From an uncultured Spirochaetota bacterium (GTDB lineage: Bacteria > Spirochaetota > UBA4802 > UBA5550), in assembly GCA_963827275.1 (NCBI GenBank), contig CAWHAA010000010.1:320001-384000 (forward strand): DNA of 64,000 bases. Direction: 5' to 3'. The translations under genes and the position numbers were made by a program. Positions 34,938 through 45,549 of this stretch are shown here, piece after piece. The notes below the pieces were generated by a model. That model was given only the letters and a program-made list of their open reading frames with translations. It had not been told where the DNA came from and searched no databases. Each line of letters starts with the position of its first letter. The stretch's first letter is position 1.

Positions 34938-37104
34938 CCCCCCTGCTGCTCGGAGCCGTTATTGGCCTGCCCGTTGCCGTTTCCATTGCCGTTCGCCTGC
35001 GCCGTCTCGTCGAGGAGCTCCACCTGGTAGCCGCACGACTCCTTGAGGCAGATAAGCTTTTCGCCCTTGCCCTTGATGATCTTTTTGAAGAGGAGCTTGC
35101 CGCACCGGGGACAGGCTTTTTCCGCCGGCGTGTCCCGGGTGAAAAATTCGCAGGTCGGGTAGCTGGAGCACGCGTAGAAGGTGCCGCCCCTCCCCTTTTT
35201 TGACGAACGCTTGATCACGTCCCCGTCCTCGCACCGGGGACATTTCCCCAGGGGGAGCGGCTTGGAGTTGCGGCATTCCGGAAACCCGGGGCATGCGAGG
35301 AAAAACCCGAACTTGCCGAGCTTTTTCACCATCTTGCGGCCGCACTTCTCGCAGACAATATCGGTCTCGACGTCAAGGATGCCCTTCATCTCCTCGATGT
35401 TTATCTCGGCCTGGTCAACAGTGTCCTTGAACGGAGCGTAAAACTCGCCGAGCATCTTCTTCCAGTCCGTTTTCGCGTCCTCGATATGGTCGAGCTGGTC
35501 CTCCATGTTGGCGGTAAAATCGATCGACACCAGCGAGGCAAAATGCTTCGCCATGATGTCGTTCACCAGCTTGCCGAGGATGGTCGGCACCAGCTGCTTT
35601 CCCGACCTGGTGACGTAGTAGCGCTTGACCAGGGTGTTGATGGTCGGCGCGTACGTTGACGGCCGTCCGATCCCCGACTCTTCGAGGAATTTGACAAGGG
35701 AAGCGTCGTTGTAGCGCGGCGGCGGGGTTGTGAAATGCTGTTCCGGAAAAAACTCATTGACAGCCAGCCGGTCACCGACCTCGAGCTTCGGCAGGGAGGA
35801 ACGCTCGGTCTTGTCGGTCGTCTCGACGGCGGTGAAGCCCTTGAACAGCACCCTGCTCCCGTTGGCCCTGAACACGTACTCCCCCGCTTCGAGGGAGACG
35901 GTGGTGACCTCGGAGACCTCGGGGGTCATCTGTGACGCTACGAAGCGCTTCCAGATAAGGTCATAGAGCTTGAACTGGTCCCTGGTGAGGTCGCCCTTTA
36001 TTGAATCCGGGGTCCGCAGCACGTCCGTCGGCCGTATCGCCTCGTGGGCGTCCTGGGCCCCTTTCTTGTTCGCGTAATAGTTCGGCTTTTCCGGAAGGTA
36101 GTCGCCGCTGTGAGGTAGTGGTGATGATACTCCCGCACGACCTGTAGCACGCCTTCGGATATCCGGGTCGAATCAGTTCTCATGTAGGTGATGAGGCCGG
36201 TCGGGCCCTTCTCCGGTGATATCGATGCCCTCGTAGAGCTGCTGCGCTATGATCATCGTCTTCTGCGACGTGAACCCGAGCCGGTTGGCGGCATCCTGCT
36301 GGAGCTTGCTTGTAATGAAGGGCGCCGACGGTTTGCGCTTTCGCTCCTGCACCTTGACTGTCCCTGACCGTCATCTCCTTCCCCTTCAGGTACTCGAGTA
36401 CCGTGTCGATCTCGGCCTTGCCGCGTATCCTGATCTTTTCATTGCGGAACGCCGCAAGCTGCGCCCTGAAGGTCTTGCCTGTGCGACGTGAGCTCGACTT
36501 CGAGCGACCAGTATTCTTCGGGGATGAAGTTGTCGATCTCCTTCTCGCGGTCGCAGATGACCTTGAGCGCCACCGACTGCACCCTTCCGGCCGACAGCCC
36601 CTTCTTGACCTTCTTCCAGAGTATGGGGCTTATGTTGTAGCCGACGATCCTGTCGAGGATCCGGCGTGCCTGCTGCGCGTTGACGAGGTCCATGTTGATC
36701 TCGCGCGGCTTCGAGACGGCTTCCTTGACCGCGTGCTCGGTGATTTCGTTGAACTCGATCCTCTTTATGTCGCCGTTTTTATCGGCGAGGGCGTTGGAGA
36801 GGTGCCACGATATCGCTTCCCCTTCACGGTCCGGGTCAGTCGCAAGGAGTACGCTTGTTACACCCGAGGCCAGCTTCTTCAGCTCGTTGAGTATCTTCGC
36901 CTTGCCGCGGATGGTTATGTATTCCGGTTTGAAATTATCTGCAACGTCGATCGCGAGACGCGACTTCGGCAGGTCGATGATGTGCCCGACCGATGAGGAG
37001 ATGACATAGCCGTCTCCCAGGTATTTATGGATGGTCTTCGCCTTTGAAGGCGACTCGACGATCACCAGCGTGTTCGCCCTCTTGTTCCCGTTCTTTTTGC
37101 TCAT
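34934..37104 (-). CDS. topA: DNA topoisomerase I (about five +1 indels between ~36100 and ~36485)
   Basis: [55 protein letters not shown] and zinc ribbons, spread over several frames. Confidence 0.95.
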
Positions 37105-37178
37105 CCCTTGTCCCCGTCTTGGTATCGGTCGGCCCCATGGCGTTCCGGCCGCTTCATAACAACTGGAAATATATGACC

Positions 37179-37790
37179 CTATTTGTCAAATAATTCTTTT
37201 ATATTCTTTCCCGGGTCCCATCGCACCAGCGCGTACAGGAGGCCGCCGAGCAAAATCGTCAGGATGATAAAAATTATTTTCCGCTCCGATGAATAATAGA
37301 CCGCCGTGTCATACGTGCGCTCGAATCTGAGCGCCCCGATCACCTCGCGCCTGTTCCACCTTGTGTGGCAGAATTTGCAATCGCCGCGAGCGACCAGCGG
37401 CACCACGGAGAAATACCTGCCGCTCCTGATCCCGGAATGCGTCTTCGGCGCGCGGGCATTCATCACCCTTAAAATTTCGCGGTCAGGCTGACCGGCTTTC
37501 TCTCCGGGAGCAGGAACGCGGTGTCCCTTGTAATCGTACACCGTGATCCTGATAGCATGCTTCACTCCGGTGTCAGTGAGAAAAATCCAGGCGTATTCCG
37601 GCCGGGCCATCGACTTGATGCCGATAAAAGAGTCTGTTATGACGCCAAACCCCCGGTCAAGCTCGTCGAAATATCCCGATTTATACAACGGAAAGACGTC
37701 GTCCGCGAACGGAGGGACAGGGAAAATCTGGGACATGGAAATCAGCATCAATGACCCTATGATGATCGCGAATATGAGCTTTACCTTCAC
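37179..37790 (-). CDS. Two-TM membrane protein with periplasmic heme-c motif (Tll0287/DUF3365-like sensor domain)
   Basis: N- and C-terminal hydrophobic helices; [12 protein letters not shown]...VIGA; GTG start. Confidence 0.65.
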   Translation of the reverse strand: MKVKLIFAIIIGSLMLISMSQIFPVPPFADDVFPLYKSGYFDELDRGFGVITDSFIGIKSMARPEYAWIFLTDTGVKHAIRITVYDYKGHRVPAPGEKAGQPDREILRVMNARAPKTHSGIRSGRYFSVVPLVARGDCKFCHTRWNRREVIGALRFERTYDTAVYYSSERKIIFIILTILLGGLLYALVRWDPGKNIKELFDK

Positions 37791-37805
37791 TTCACGCTCC
37801 TGCCA

Positions 37806-38999
37806 TTACACTCGTGATATAATGTTCCCGCTGCGCGTAATCCTGCCGCCGAGCTCCAGCAGGACGACCGCCTCGTTGACCTCTCCCGGGTTTGCCGCCA
37901 TCCGTCTCGTGATCGTATCAATGTCAAAATCACCCGTCTCCAGGAAGCGAAGGATTCGTGACGCCAGGGTGTCCGGACCGGGCTCTTCCGGCGCTTCCCG
38001 GGACAGATCCCCCTGTGGGGTCGTCCCGGCCAGGGCCGGGGGCTCGCGCACTGCGACACCGGCGCACCGCGACAGCTCTTCGACAATATCTTCGGTGCAC
38101 GATACCAGGACCGCCCCGTTCCTGATGAGCCGGTGGCAGCCCGCGTATCCATCGTCAAACGAGTTGCCGGCGCAGGCGAATACCTCGCGGTTCTGCTCCA
38201 ATGCATGGCGCGCCGTAATGAGCGCACCGCTCCGCTCCCCCGCCTTTACCACCACCGTGCCCGCGCAGAGACCGCTGATGATGCGGTTCCTCCTGACAAA
38301 GGTCCATTTCCCCGCCATGATGCCGGGAGGGTACTCTGAAACGAGCGCCGAGCCCGGAGAGGTCTCTATCAAGCGGAAGAGGTCACGGTTCGGCCATGGA
38401 TAGATAATGTCAATGCCGTTTGCAAGCACGCCGACCGTGCGCCCTTTTTCATCGAGCGCGCCCAGGTGCGCTTCCCTGTCGACCCCCACGGCCATACCGC
38501 TGACCACTGCGAATCCCCGCGCACTCATCTCCCGCGCGATCCTCCGCGCGATAAGCGCTGACCGGGTGTCCGCCCTCCTGGTGCCTACTATGGCTACAGA
38601 GGGGCCGGCGGGCATCTCTCCTTTCACATAGAGGACCGGCGGCGGGCACTGGACCTCCCGGAGCAGCGCCGGGTAATCATGGTCCCAGAACGTGAGGACC
38701 CGTATCGACTGTGACGACGCCGCATCGATGATCATCCGCGCGACGGAAAGCGGATCACCGGGATACGCTTCGGTCAAATACGCCTGCACCGCAGGCCTGC
38801 AATTCCGGCTGATGACGCTGAATATCTCCGCCGGGGGCATGCGCGACTGGAGCATGTCCCATATACCGTTGCGGGCCGGAGATGAAACCGTTGAAACTGC
38901 GATCGCGAAGATCAGTTCGTCATCCGTCAAACAGGCCGGCGCCGCTTCATCCTGATGAAATAACATTCCCTGTAGCATGATCGTCCCGCCTCTCTCCAT
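37806..38999 (-). CDS. dprA: DNA-processing protein DprA (alternative start 38978)
   Basis: YPALL..PPPVLYVKG, AIVGTR, SGMAVGVD..AH, RNRIISG, SGALITA, C-terminal winged helix; upstream of topA. Confidence 0.93.
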   Translation of the reverse strand: MERGGTIMLQGMLFHQDEAAPACLTDDELIFAIAVSTVSSPARNGIWDMLQSRMPPAEIFSVISRNCRPAVQAYLTEAYPGDPLSVARMIIDAASSQSIRVLTFWDHDYPALLREVQCPPPVLYVKGEMPAGPSVAIVGTRRADTRSALIARRIAREMSARGFAVVSGMAVGVDREAHLGALDEKGRTVGVLANGIDIIYPWPNRDLFRLIETSPGSALVSEYPPGIMAGKWTFVRRNRIISGLCAGTVVVKAGERSGALITARHALEQNREVFACAGNSFDDGYAGCHRLIRNGAVLVSCTEDIVEELSRCAGVAVREPPALAGTTPQGDLSREAPEEPGPDTLASRILRFLETGDFDIDTITRRMAANPGEVNEAVVLLELGGRITRSGNIISRV

Positions 39000-39185
39000 G
39001 TGATCGGTTCTCCTGCTCTAACGATCCGGAGAGGTCGGGTGTGAAAATTATTTCACCCATTTAGACGATAATTTCAATGAACTGCACTAATGTGACATAA
39101 TTATGAACAGTGTGTAATTTTTATCAATATTTATTTTTATTTAAGGGGAAAAATATTCCATGATGACTGGCAGAGGTAGTAACCT

Positions 39186-39364
39186 GGCAACAGTTATCGG
39201 TAGTACCGGAGGGGCAGAATAGCTTCGAGACCGATAGTTATCGGTAACCCTCAGGGGTCAGAGCAACTTCCGGACCGATAGTTATCGGTAGCTCCCAGGG
39301 GTCAGAGCAACGTTCGCACCGATAGTTATCGGTAGCTCCCAGGGGTCAGAGCAACCCGCCACCG
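39186..39364. repeat. Tandem array of four 44-bp units
   Basis: Units start at 39186 (degenerate), 39230, 39274, 39318; consensus ACCGATAGTTATCGGTAGCTCCCAGGGGTCAGAGCAAC plus ~6 variable nt. Confidence 0.92.
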
Positions 39365-39371
39365 GGGCAAT

Positions 39372-39400
39372 AAAAAAAGCCGGCGTTTCCGCCGGCTTTC
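39372..39400 (-). terminator. Rho-independent terminator of acyl-CoA dehydrogenase gene (possibly bidirectional)
   Basis: AAAGCCGGCG-4 nt-CGCCGGCTTT with T7 on minus strand. Confidence 0.85.
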
Positions 39401-39422
39401 TGATGTCTCGTTGTGCTTCTTC

Positions 39423-41298
39423 TTACGACTCGAGCATGCCCGTGAACGTCGCGTCGGAGGCCTTGACCACCGCGCCTTCGCCGAACATAAGGGCTTCGAT
39501 CTTGCCGAAGAATTTCGGGAATTCCGCGCCGAGATAGAACTGGGAAGAAATGACCTTCCCGCTGTAAAACGCGGCTTCCTTGTTGTCCTTGAGCAGCGCT
39601 TCGCGGTCTCGGACCTTTCTTGTCGCCGACAAGCTCTTTCATCTTGGGGATGGTCTTGGTCAGCATCCAGAGGTGGGCCCACGCGATGCAGAGCATGAAC
39701 ATCGCCTGCTGCAGCGGTGTCGCGTTCATGAAGAGGAGCAGGAACTGCCCTTTCTTCATCTGCTCTTTCATCATCTCGATGACTTCGTCGAGCTTCTGGA
39801 GCCCGCGCTCCACCAGGCCGATATACTTGTCTTCAACTATGCCCTTGGCATTGGCGCAAACTTCGTTTATCTTCTTCTTGAGTATGGAGTAGTTGTACTG
39901 ATCCGGGTTCATCAGTATCTTCCGGAAGGTCAGGTCCATCGACTGGATGCCGTTCGTTCCTTCATAGATACAGGTGATCTTCGAATCCCGCATCATCTGC
40001 TCGATGGGATATTCGCTGCAGAACCCGTAGCCGCCGTATACCTGCATCGCTTCCGAGGTGATCTCGACTGACTTGTCGGTGTTGCCCGCCTTGCATATCG
40101 GGATCATGATCTCGGCAATGGCATCGGCTTCTTTCTTCTTGTCGCCTTCGCTGAAGTGCGCGATGTTCAGGCTGTGCGAGAGGTAATAGGTGATGAACCG
40201 CATGCCCTCGACATGGGACTTCATCCAGAGGAGCATCCGCTTCACGTCAGGGTGCTGGCTGATGGCAACAAGCTTGGCATCGGGATTCAGCATCTGGGTG
40301 ACATGGACGCCCTGCTGCCTGTTTTTCGCGTAGGTGGCGGCATGCATGTACGCGGCGCTGGAAAGGGCTTCAGCCTGCAGGGCGACGCCGAGACGCGCTT
40401 CGTTCATCATCTGGAACATGATCTTCATGCCCTGGCGCTCTTCGCCGAGGAGCCAGCCCTTGCAGGTGCCGTTGTCGCCGAAGCTCAGCGTACAGGTCGC
40501 GGAGCCCTTGATGCCCATCTTGTGCTCGATGCCGGCGCAGGTGACGTCATTCTGCGCGCCGAGGGAGCCGTCCTTGTTCACCAGGAACTTGGGGACCATG
40601 AAGATCGAGATGCCCTTCGTACCCGCCGGGTCGCCTTCGATCCGGGCAAGGACGGGGTGTACCATGTTCTTGTAATAATCGTTTTCACCGGAAGAGATGA
40701 ATATCTTCTGGCCGGTGATCTTGTAGGTGCCGTCCGCCTGTTTGACGGCTTTTGATTTCAGGTTGCCGACATCGGAACCTGCGTCAGGCTCGGTCAGACA
40801 CATGGTGCCGCCCCATTCGCCGGTCATCATCTTGGGGATATATGTGTCTTTCTGCTCTTTGGTCCCGAAGGCAGTTATGAGTTCCATTGCGCCGTGGCTC
40901 AGGCCCGGGTACATGACCAGGTTGTAGTTGCCTGCCATGATCGTCTCGACCGCCGACATATACATGATGGCGGGCATTCCCATTCCGCCGTATTCCGGAT
41001 CGTCCATCGTGCCATAGATGCCGGCTTCGTAATACGCGTCAAGGACCGGCTTGTAGCACGCGGGAATGGTGACGCCCTTGGTCTTGGGATCAAACACGCA
41101 CCCGACTTTATCTCCCTCTTTATAAGTGGGGAACACTTTCTCTACCGCGAGTTTTTCCGCGAGATCGAGGGTGCTCTCAAAAGTCTCCCGGTCGTAATCT
41201 GCGTACGCGGGGAATTCTTTCGTGAATTTTTCGAGCTCAAGCATTTCGAAAAGGCAAAAACGTATGTCTCTTGAATCTATCAAAGGATTTAAAGCCAT
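39423..41298 (-). CDS. Long-chain-type acyl-CoA dehydrogenase (+1 frameshift at ~39612)
   Basis: GTMCLTEPDAGSD, EHKMGI, MNEAR, GGYGF, IYEGTNGIQ; C-terminus FYSGKVISSQFY in ORF 39423..39632; GAGGAGG RBS. Confidence 0.93.
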
Positions 41299-41562
41299 CA
41301 GGGACCTCCTCTTAGTATTGTTTGTTTTATTATTTTACTTCTTGAAGAGATATTAATAAACGGTGTGGACCGGGATCCCGTGGGTTGTAACCTTACGCCG
41401 CAGGAGCCGATTGCAAACCTGATCTAAAAATCTCTCTGCCTCATGCCCGGTCAAGTCTTAAATTATTATTACAGGCAAAATTCATTAAAAATCACGCCTT
41501 TTGGTGATGGTAATGAGGATGGTTCCGAATAATAAGAAAAGAGCCGAATCCCCACTAATTTC

Positions 41563-41590
41563 AGCATAAAATCCGGTTATTATATGTCAA
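41563..41590 (-). promoter_or_regulatory. Putative sigma70 promoter of acyl-CoA dehydrogenase
   Basis: TTGACA-16 nt-TATGCT. Confidence 0.45.
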
Positions 41591-41807
41591 CGGAAATAAT
41601 AGGATTTTAATCAAAAAAACGTCAGAATTGCATACTTGTAAAACGTGAATTGAATATTCTCAAAAGCATTTTTCTATTTACCTGAGCAGCGATCTGTTTT
41701 TAAGAATGAAAGCTTTTCATTGACTTTTTGCATGATATCCTGTTAATGTCATTAAAATTTAAATAAGGGGCGGGGTATGAAGCCCGGATCCGCACCGCAG
41801 AATTAAT

Positions 41808-42731
41808 ATGAACAGCACAAAATACTGGATAGCACTTGAACAGTCGCACGGTATCGGGCCGGCCCACCTGATCGAGATTCACAAGGCATTGAACGAGGTC
41901 AACCTTTCGTTGACTGACCTGGGCGACCTGTCTGCCGACGAGATTAAAAAGGAGTTCCGCTTCCCTGACAAGGTTACCGAGGCGCTCGCCGGGCTGTCAT
42001 CCGTCCTTCCGAGGATAGAGGAAGATTACTTCAAGCTCCTTGAATCGGGTATTGAGGTTGTGCCGTTCTTCTCGGAACGCTACCCGGCGCGCCTGGCCGA
42101 GGTCCTCGGAAACGCCCTCCCGCCCCTCCTCTACGTCTGCGGCAACGCCGGGCTGCTGAAGAACAGGGGGGTCGCCATTCTCGGCGACAGGGACGTCAGC
42201 GACCGTGGCGAGATGATCTCCTTCGGGGCGGCCCGAGAGCTCTCGCGGCACTCGATCGCCGTCATCAGCGGCTACGCGCAGGGCGTTGGCATGATCGCGC
42301 ACCGGTCCGCGCTGGTCAACGGCGGCGCCACGATTGCTTTCGTTCCGTACGGCATTTTTCACCTGAAGATGCCGGACATCCTCAAGGACGTGATGGACCT
42401 CGAGCGCTTCGCGATCGTCTCGCCCTTCTACCCGACCAGGGAACCCAACAAGTACAACGCCTTCATACGGAACAAGTTCATCTGCGCACTTTCATATGCG
42501 GTCTACATCGTTGAGGCCCCGGCTGACGGGGGGATATTCGAGGCGGCAAAATCGGCGCACAACCTGAACGTCCCGCTCTACACGACGGAATATGCCGACA
42601 TCCCGAAAAACGCGCCGGGCAACAGGAAGATACTGGACGAACTTGGCGGCATGCCCGTCCTTGGCAGGATGGAAAACGGCATGCTCGTTCCCAATATGGA
42701 CACAATAATCGGAAGCGCGAAATTCGGATAA
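41808..42731 (+). CDS. Second DprA/SMF-family (SLOG) protein, divergent
   Basis: WIALEQSHGIGP, YPARL..PPLLYVCGN, VAILGDR, ISGYAQGV, RNKFICALS; no C-terminal winged helix. Confidence 0.85.
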   Translation: MNSTKYWIALEQSHGIGPAHLIEIHKALNEVNLSLTDLGDLSADEIKKEFRFPDKVTEALAGLSSVLPRIEEDYFKLLESGIEVVPFFSERYPARLAEVLGNALPPLLYVCGNAGLLKNRGVAILGDRDVSDRGEMISFGAARELSRHSIAVISGYAQGVGMIAHRSALVNGGATIAFVPYGIFHLKMPDILKDVMDLERFAIVSPFYPTREPNKYNAFIRNKFICALSYAVYIVEAPADGGIFEAAKSAHNLNVPLYTTEYADIPKNAPGNRKILDELGGMPVLGRMENGMLVPNMDTIIGSAKFG

Positions 42732-42735
42732 GCCC

Positions 42736-43701
42736 ATGAAAAAATTCTTATTGTTATCGGCGCTGCTGGCACTCGGCGGGGCGTCCCTGGTTCTCTATTT
42801 TAACGCGCCCCCGCCGGGCATGCGTGAAACGACATTCACCATCGAATACGGAGAATCGGTCAGGATGGTTGCGGGAAAGCTGGAACGGGGCGGGCTGGTA
42901 ACAAGCCGCGAGTTTTTCCTGCTGGCCTCCTACGCCGGCGGGCGCCGCTTCATCAGGGCGGGCAGGTACCGTATTTTTCCGGGGACGACCACGCTGGAGA
43001 TACTCAGGAAGCTCACGCGGGGCGACGTCCTTTCACGGAAGATAACCATACCGGAGGGGTTCAACCTGTACCAGATAGCCGACCGGCTCGACGCGGGAGG
43101 GATATGCGGTTCCGGCACCTTCCTGGACTATGCCGCGGATGAAGCGTTCCTCGCGACCCTGCGCATCGGCGCGGCGTCGGCCGAGGGGTACCTCTTCCCC
43201 GACACGTACACCTTCCCGGAAGCGTCGGACCCACGCGACATCATCGCCGCGATGCGCCGGCGCATGATGGGCGTGATCGGCGACCGGCCGGCATACGGTC
43301 CGGGCATGAGCCTGCATGAGATCCTCACCATGGCCTCGCTGGTGGAGAAAGAGGCAAAGGTGTACAATGAGCGGGAGCTGATATCGTCGGTGTTCCATAA
43401 CCGCCTGCGGAGAAACATGAAGCTCGACTGCGACCCGACCGTGCGCTACGCGGTGAAAAAATTCACCGGGCCGATAACCGTGAGCGACCTTAAAAGCGAA
43501 TCTCCCTATAACACCTACCGCCGCACCGGCCTCCCCCCGACCCCCATATGCTCTCCCGGGCGCGAATCGATACATGCCGCCATGTACCCGAAGAAGACCG
43601 ATTTCCTCTATTTCGTGGCTAAAAATGACGGCTCGCACCGGTTTTCAAAAACATTGAAGGAGCATAACGAGGCGGTGCAGCGGTACCAGAGGAGAAAATG
43701 A
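42736..43701 (+). CDS. mltG: Endolytic transglycosylase MltG
   Basis: TIPEG, EGYLFPDTY, ASLVEKE, VFHNRL, SPYNTY..GLPPTPI.SPG, LYFVA. Confidence 0.96.
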   Translation: MKKFLLLSALLALGGASLVLYFNAPPPGMRETTFTIEYGESVRMVAGKLERGGLVTSREFFLLASYAGGRRFIRAGRYRIFPGTTTLEILRKLTRGDVLSRKITIPEGFNLYQIADRLDAGGICGSGTFLDYAADEAFLATLRIGAASAEGYLFPDTYTFPEASDPRDIIAAMRRRMMGVIGDRPAYGPGMSLHEILTMASLVEKEAKVYNERELISSVFHNRLRRNMKLDCDPTVRYAVKKFTGPITVSDLKSESPYNTYRRTGLPPTPICSPGRESIHAAMYPKKTDFLYFVAKNDGSHRFSKTLKEHNEAVQRYQRRK

Positions 43702-43774
43702 CATCATGATCATGCCATACAGTCAAACCGGGCCGCATTATTGCAGTTTAATGGACTGCCGGACTATTTCTTTA

Positions 43775-43803
43775 TTGACTTTCAATAAACCTGATGATAG
43801 AGT
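43775..43803 (+). promoter_or_regulatory. Putative sigma70 promoter of PP2C gene
   Basis: TTGACT-17 nt-TAGAGT. Confidence 0.4.
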
Positions 43804-44004
43804 CCCCATGGTAATCATCAGGTACGGAAGGTTCAGCGGCAGGCCGGCAATCAACCGATAGTACGTGCGAAACGGTTCGGGCGTGTACGCCTTGATTCAC
43901 CTGGCAGTATGTTCAACCTGGTTAAAATAATTTTAATTCATTCGTGCTGATGGCACCTTTTCCGGGTAAACAGCCGGACACTATCACGATCATGGCATAA
44001 TCCT

Positions 44005-45540
44005 ATGAAGCTGCGCTTAAAATCGATCAGCGTCAAGATGACCCTGCTGTACCTCTTCCTGGCAATCGTGAACATGTCGATCTTCACCATCATGATCTAC
44101 GAGAACCAGATCGACCTCATTACCGAAAACAGCAAGTACCATATACGGGAGAGGACCGAATCCTTCATAGCGTCGCTGCACAAGCTGTCCGGCGAAACCG
44201 GCGATAAAAAAATATTCCGCCTCGATGACCGGGAAGAGGTCATCCGGGAGGTCTCCGCCATCATACGCAGCAAGCTGATCGGCAGCGACAGCCTTATCAT
44301 CTTCGACGAAGAGGGGACCGTCCTTCATAAATCCCGGCCCGATCTCGCGCTCGGCGCGCAGGACATCAAAAACGGCATCACCGCGATCGCCAATCTCGAC
44401 TATACCGGCCGGCAGATTTATTCAACGGTGGACGAAGAGAATTTCATCATATCATTCTATATCCCCTACAAACTTCATCTCGTGGGCGATACGATCATGC
44501 TGCTCAAGATAGAGATGCGCGATTTCAAGCGGCGGCTCTGGGACCTCTACCGCATGATAATCGTCATAGTCGTATTCCTCGCGCTGTTTCACGTCGGGTT
44601 CGCCATAATCTTTCAGCAGATGTTCATCCGGCCGATACAGGCGCTCCATGAAAAGAGCGTTGAGATCAGCAGGGGCAACCTGGGCGCCCGGTCCGACATC
44701 AAAAAAGACGATGAGATCGGCGAGCTGGGCATGGCCTTCAACAACATGGCCGATTCGATACAGGAAAAGATCATCACGCTCCAGCGTCAGCGCGACCAGA
44801 TGGAAGACGAGATGGAGGTCGCCAGCGGCGTCCAGCAGCTCATCTATCCGAAAATCATGAGCGACCGCCGGTTCAATTACGGGATATTCCACAAGTCGCT
44901 GGCCAAGGTAAGCGGCGATTATTATGATGTCATGAAGCTCGAAGACGCGCGCACCGGCTACATCCTTGTGGACGTGTCCGGGCACGGCATGCCGGCGGCC
45001 CTGGTGACCATGCTGGTCAAGGAGATCTTCAACCAGGCGGCCTCCCTGTACGACAAGCCTGACGAGCTGTTCCGTTACATGAACAGGGAGATTATCGAGC
45101 TGCTCACGAGGGAAGGCATCCACCTGGGAGTGTACTTTACCGCCATCTACATAATGATCGACCAGAAAAACGTCCTCTCCTACTGTAACGCCGGCCACGA
45201 GCAGGCCCTGGTCCTCAAATCGAACATGAAGAAGCTTGTGCCCCTTTCAGCAACCGGCGGTCCGCTCGGGATAGCCGCGATAATGGACGACCTCTACGCC
45301 ACCAGCGCGCTCAGGCTCGAGCAGGGCGATAAAATCATTCTTTTTACCGACGGGATCACCGAGGCCCGGAACCCGCAGGGCAGGGAATTCGGCATGACGG
45401 GACTGAAGGAATCCATCAGGAAGCACTTCACGGCCGGCTGCGAGCAGATGCTCGCGGGCATTACCGGCGATCTCACCGACTTTGTCGGGACAACAGGCCT
45501 GAAAGACGATGCGACGATATTCCTGATCGAGGTGAAATAG
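44005..45540 (+). CDS. Membrane sensor with HAMP and SpoIIE/RsbU-type PP2C phosphatase domains
   Basis: Two TM helices; DEIGELGMAFNNM; SGDYY, DVSGHG, NAGH, FTDGITE, DDAT. Confidence 0.93.
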   Translation: MKLRLKSISVKMTLLYLFLAIVNMSIFTIMIYENQIDLITENSKYHIRERTESFIASLHKLSGETGDKKIFRLDDREEVIREVSAIIRSKLIGSDSLIIFDEEGTVLHKSRPDLALGAQDIKNGITAIANLDYTGRQIYSTVDEENFIISFYIPYKLHLVGDTIMLLKIEMRDFKRRLWDLYRMIIVIVVFLALFHVGFAIIFQQMFIRPIQALHEKSVEISRGNLGARSDIKKDDEIGELGMAFNNMADSIQEKIITLQRQRDQMEDEMEVASGVQQLIYPKIMSDRRFNYGIFHKSLAKVSGDYYDVMKLEDARTGYILVDVSGHGMPAALVTMLVKEIFNQAASLYDKPDELFRYMNREIIELLTREGIHLGVYFTAIYIMIDQKNVLSYCNAGHEQALVLKSNMKKLVPLSATGGPLGIAAIMDDLYATSALRLEQGDKIILFTDGITEARNPQGREFGMTGLKESIRKHFTAGCEQMLAGITGDLTDFVGTTGLKDDATIFLIEVK

Positions 45541-45549
45541 GCCACTTCC

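Noticed and set aside
39085..39115. dif site near xerC
   Set aside because: CATAA and TTATG abut with no 6-bp central spacer and there is no GTTAAAT arm
39186..39364. CRISPR array
   Set aside because: Variable segments are only ~6 nt, there are four units, and no cas genes are in the window
43810..44000. c-di-GMP riboswitch before the PP2C gene; ACCGATAGT 9-mer shared with the 44-bp repeat
   Set aside because: GEMM consensus elements are missing; a single 9-mer match in 64 kb is within chance
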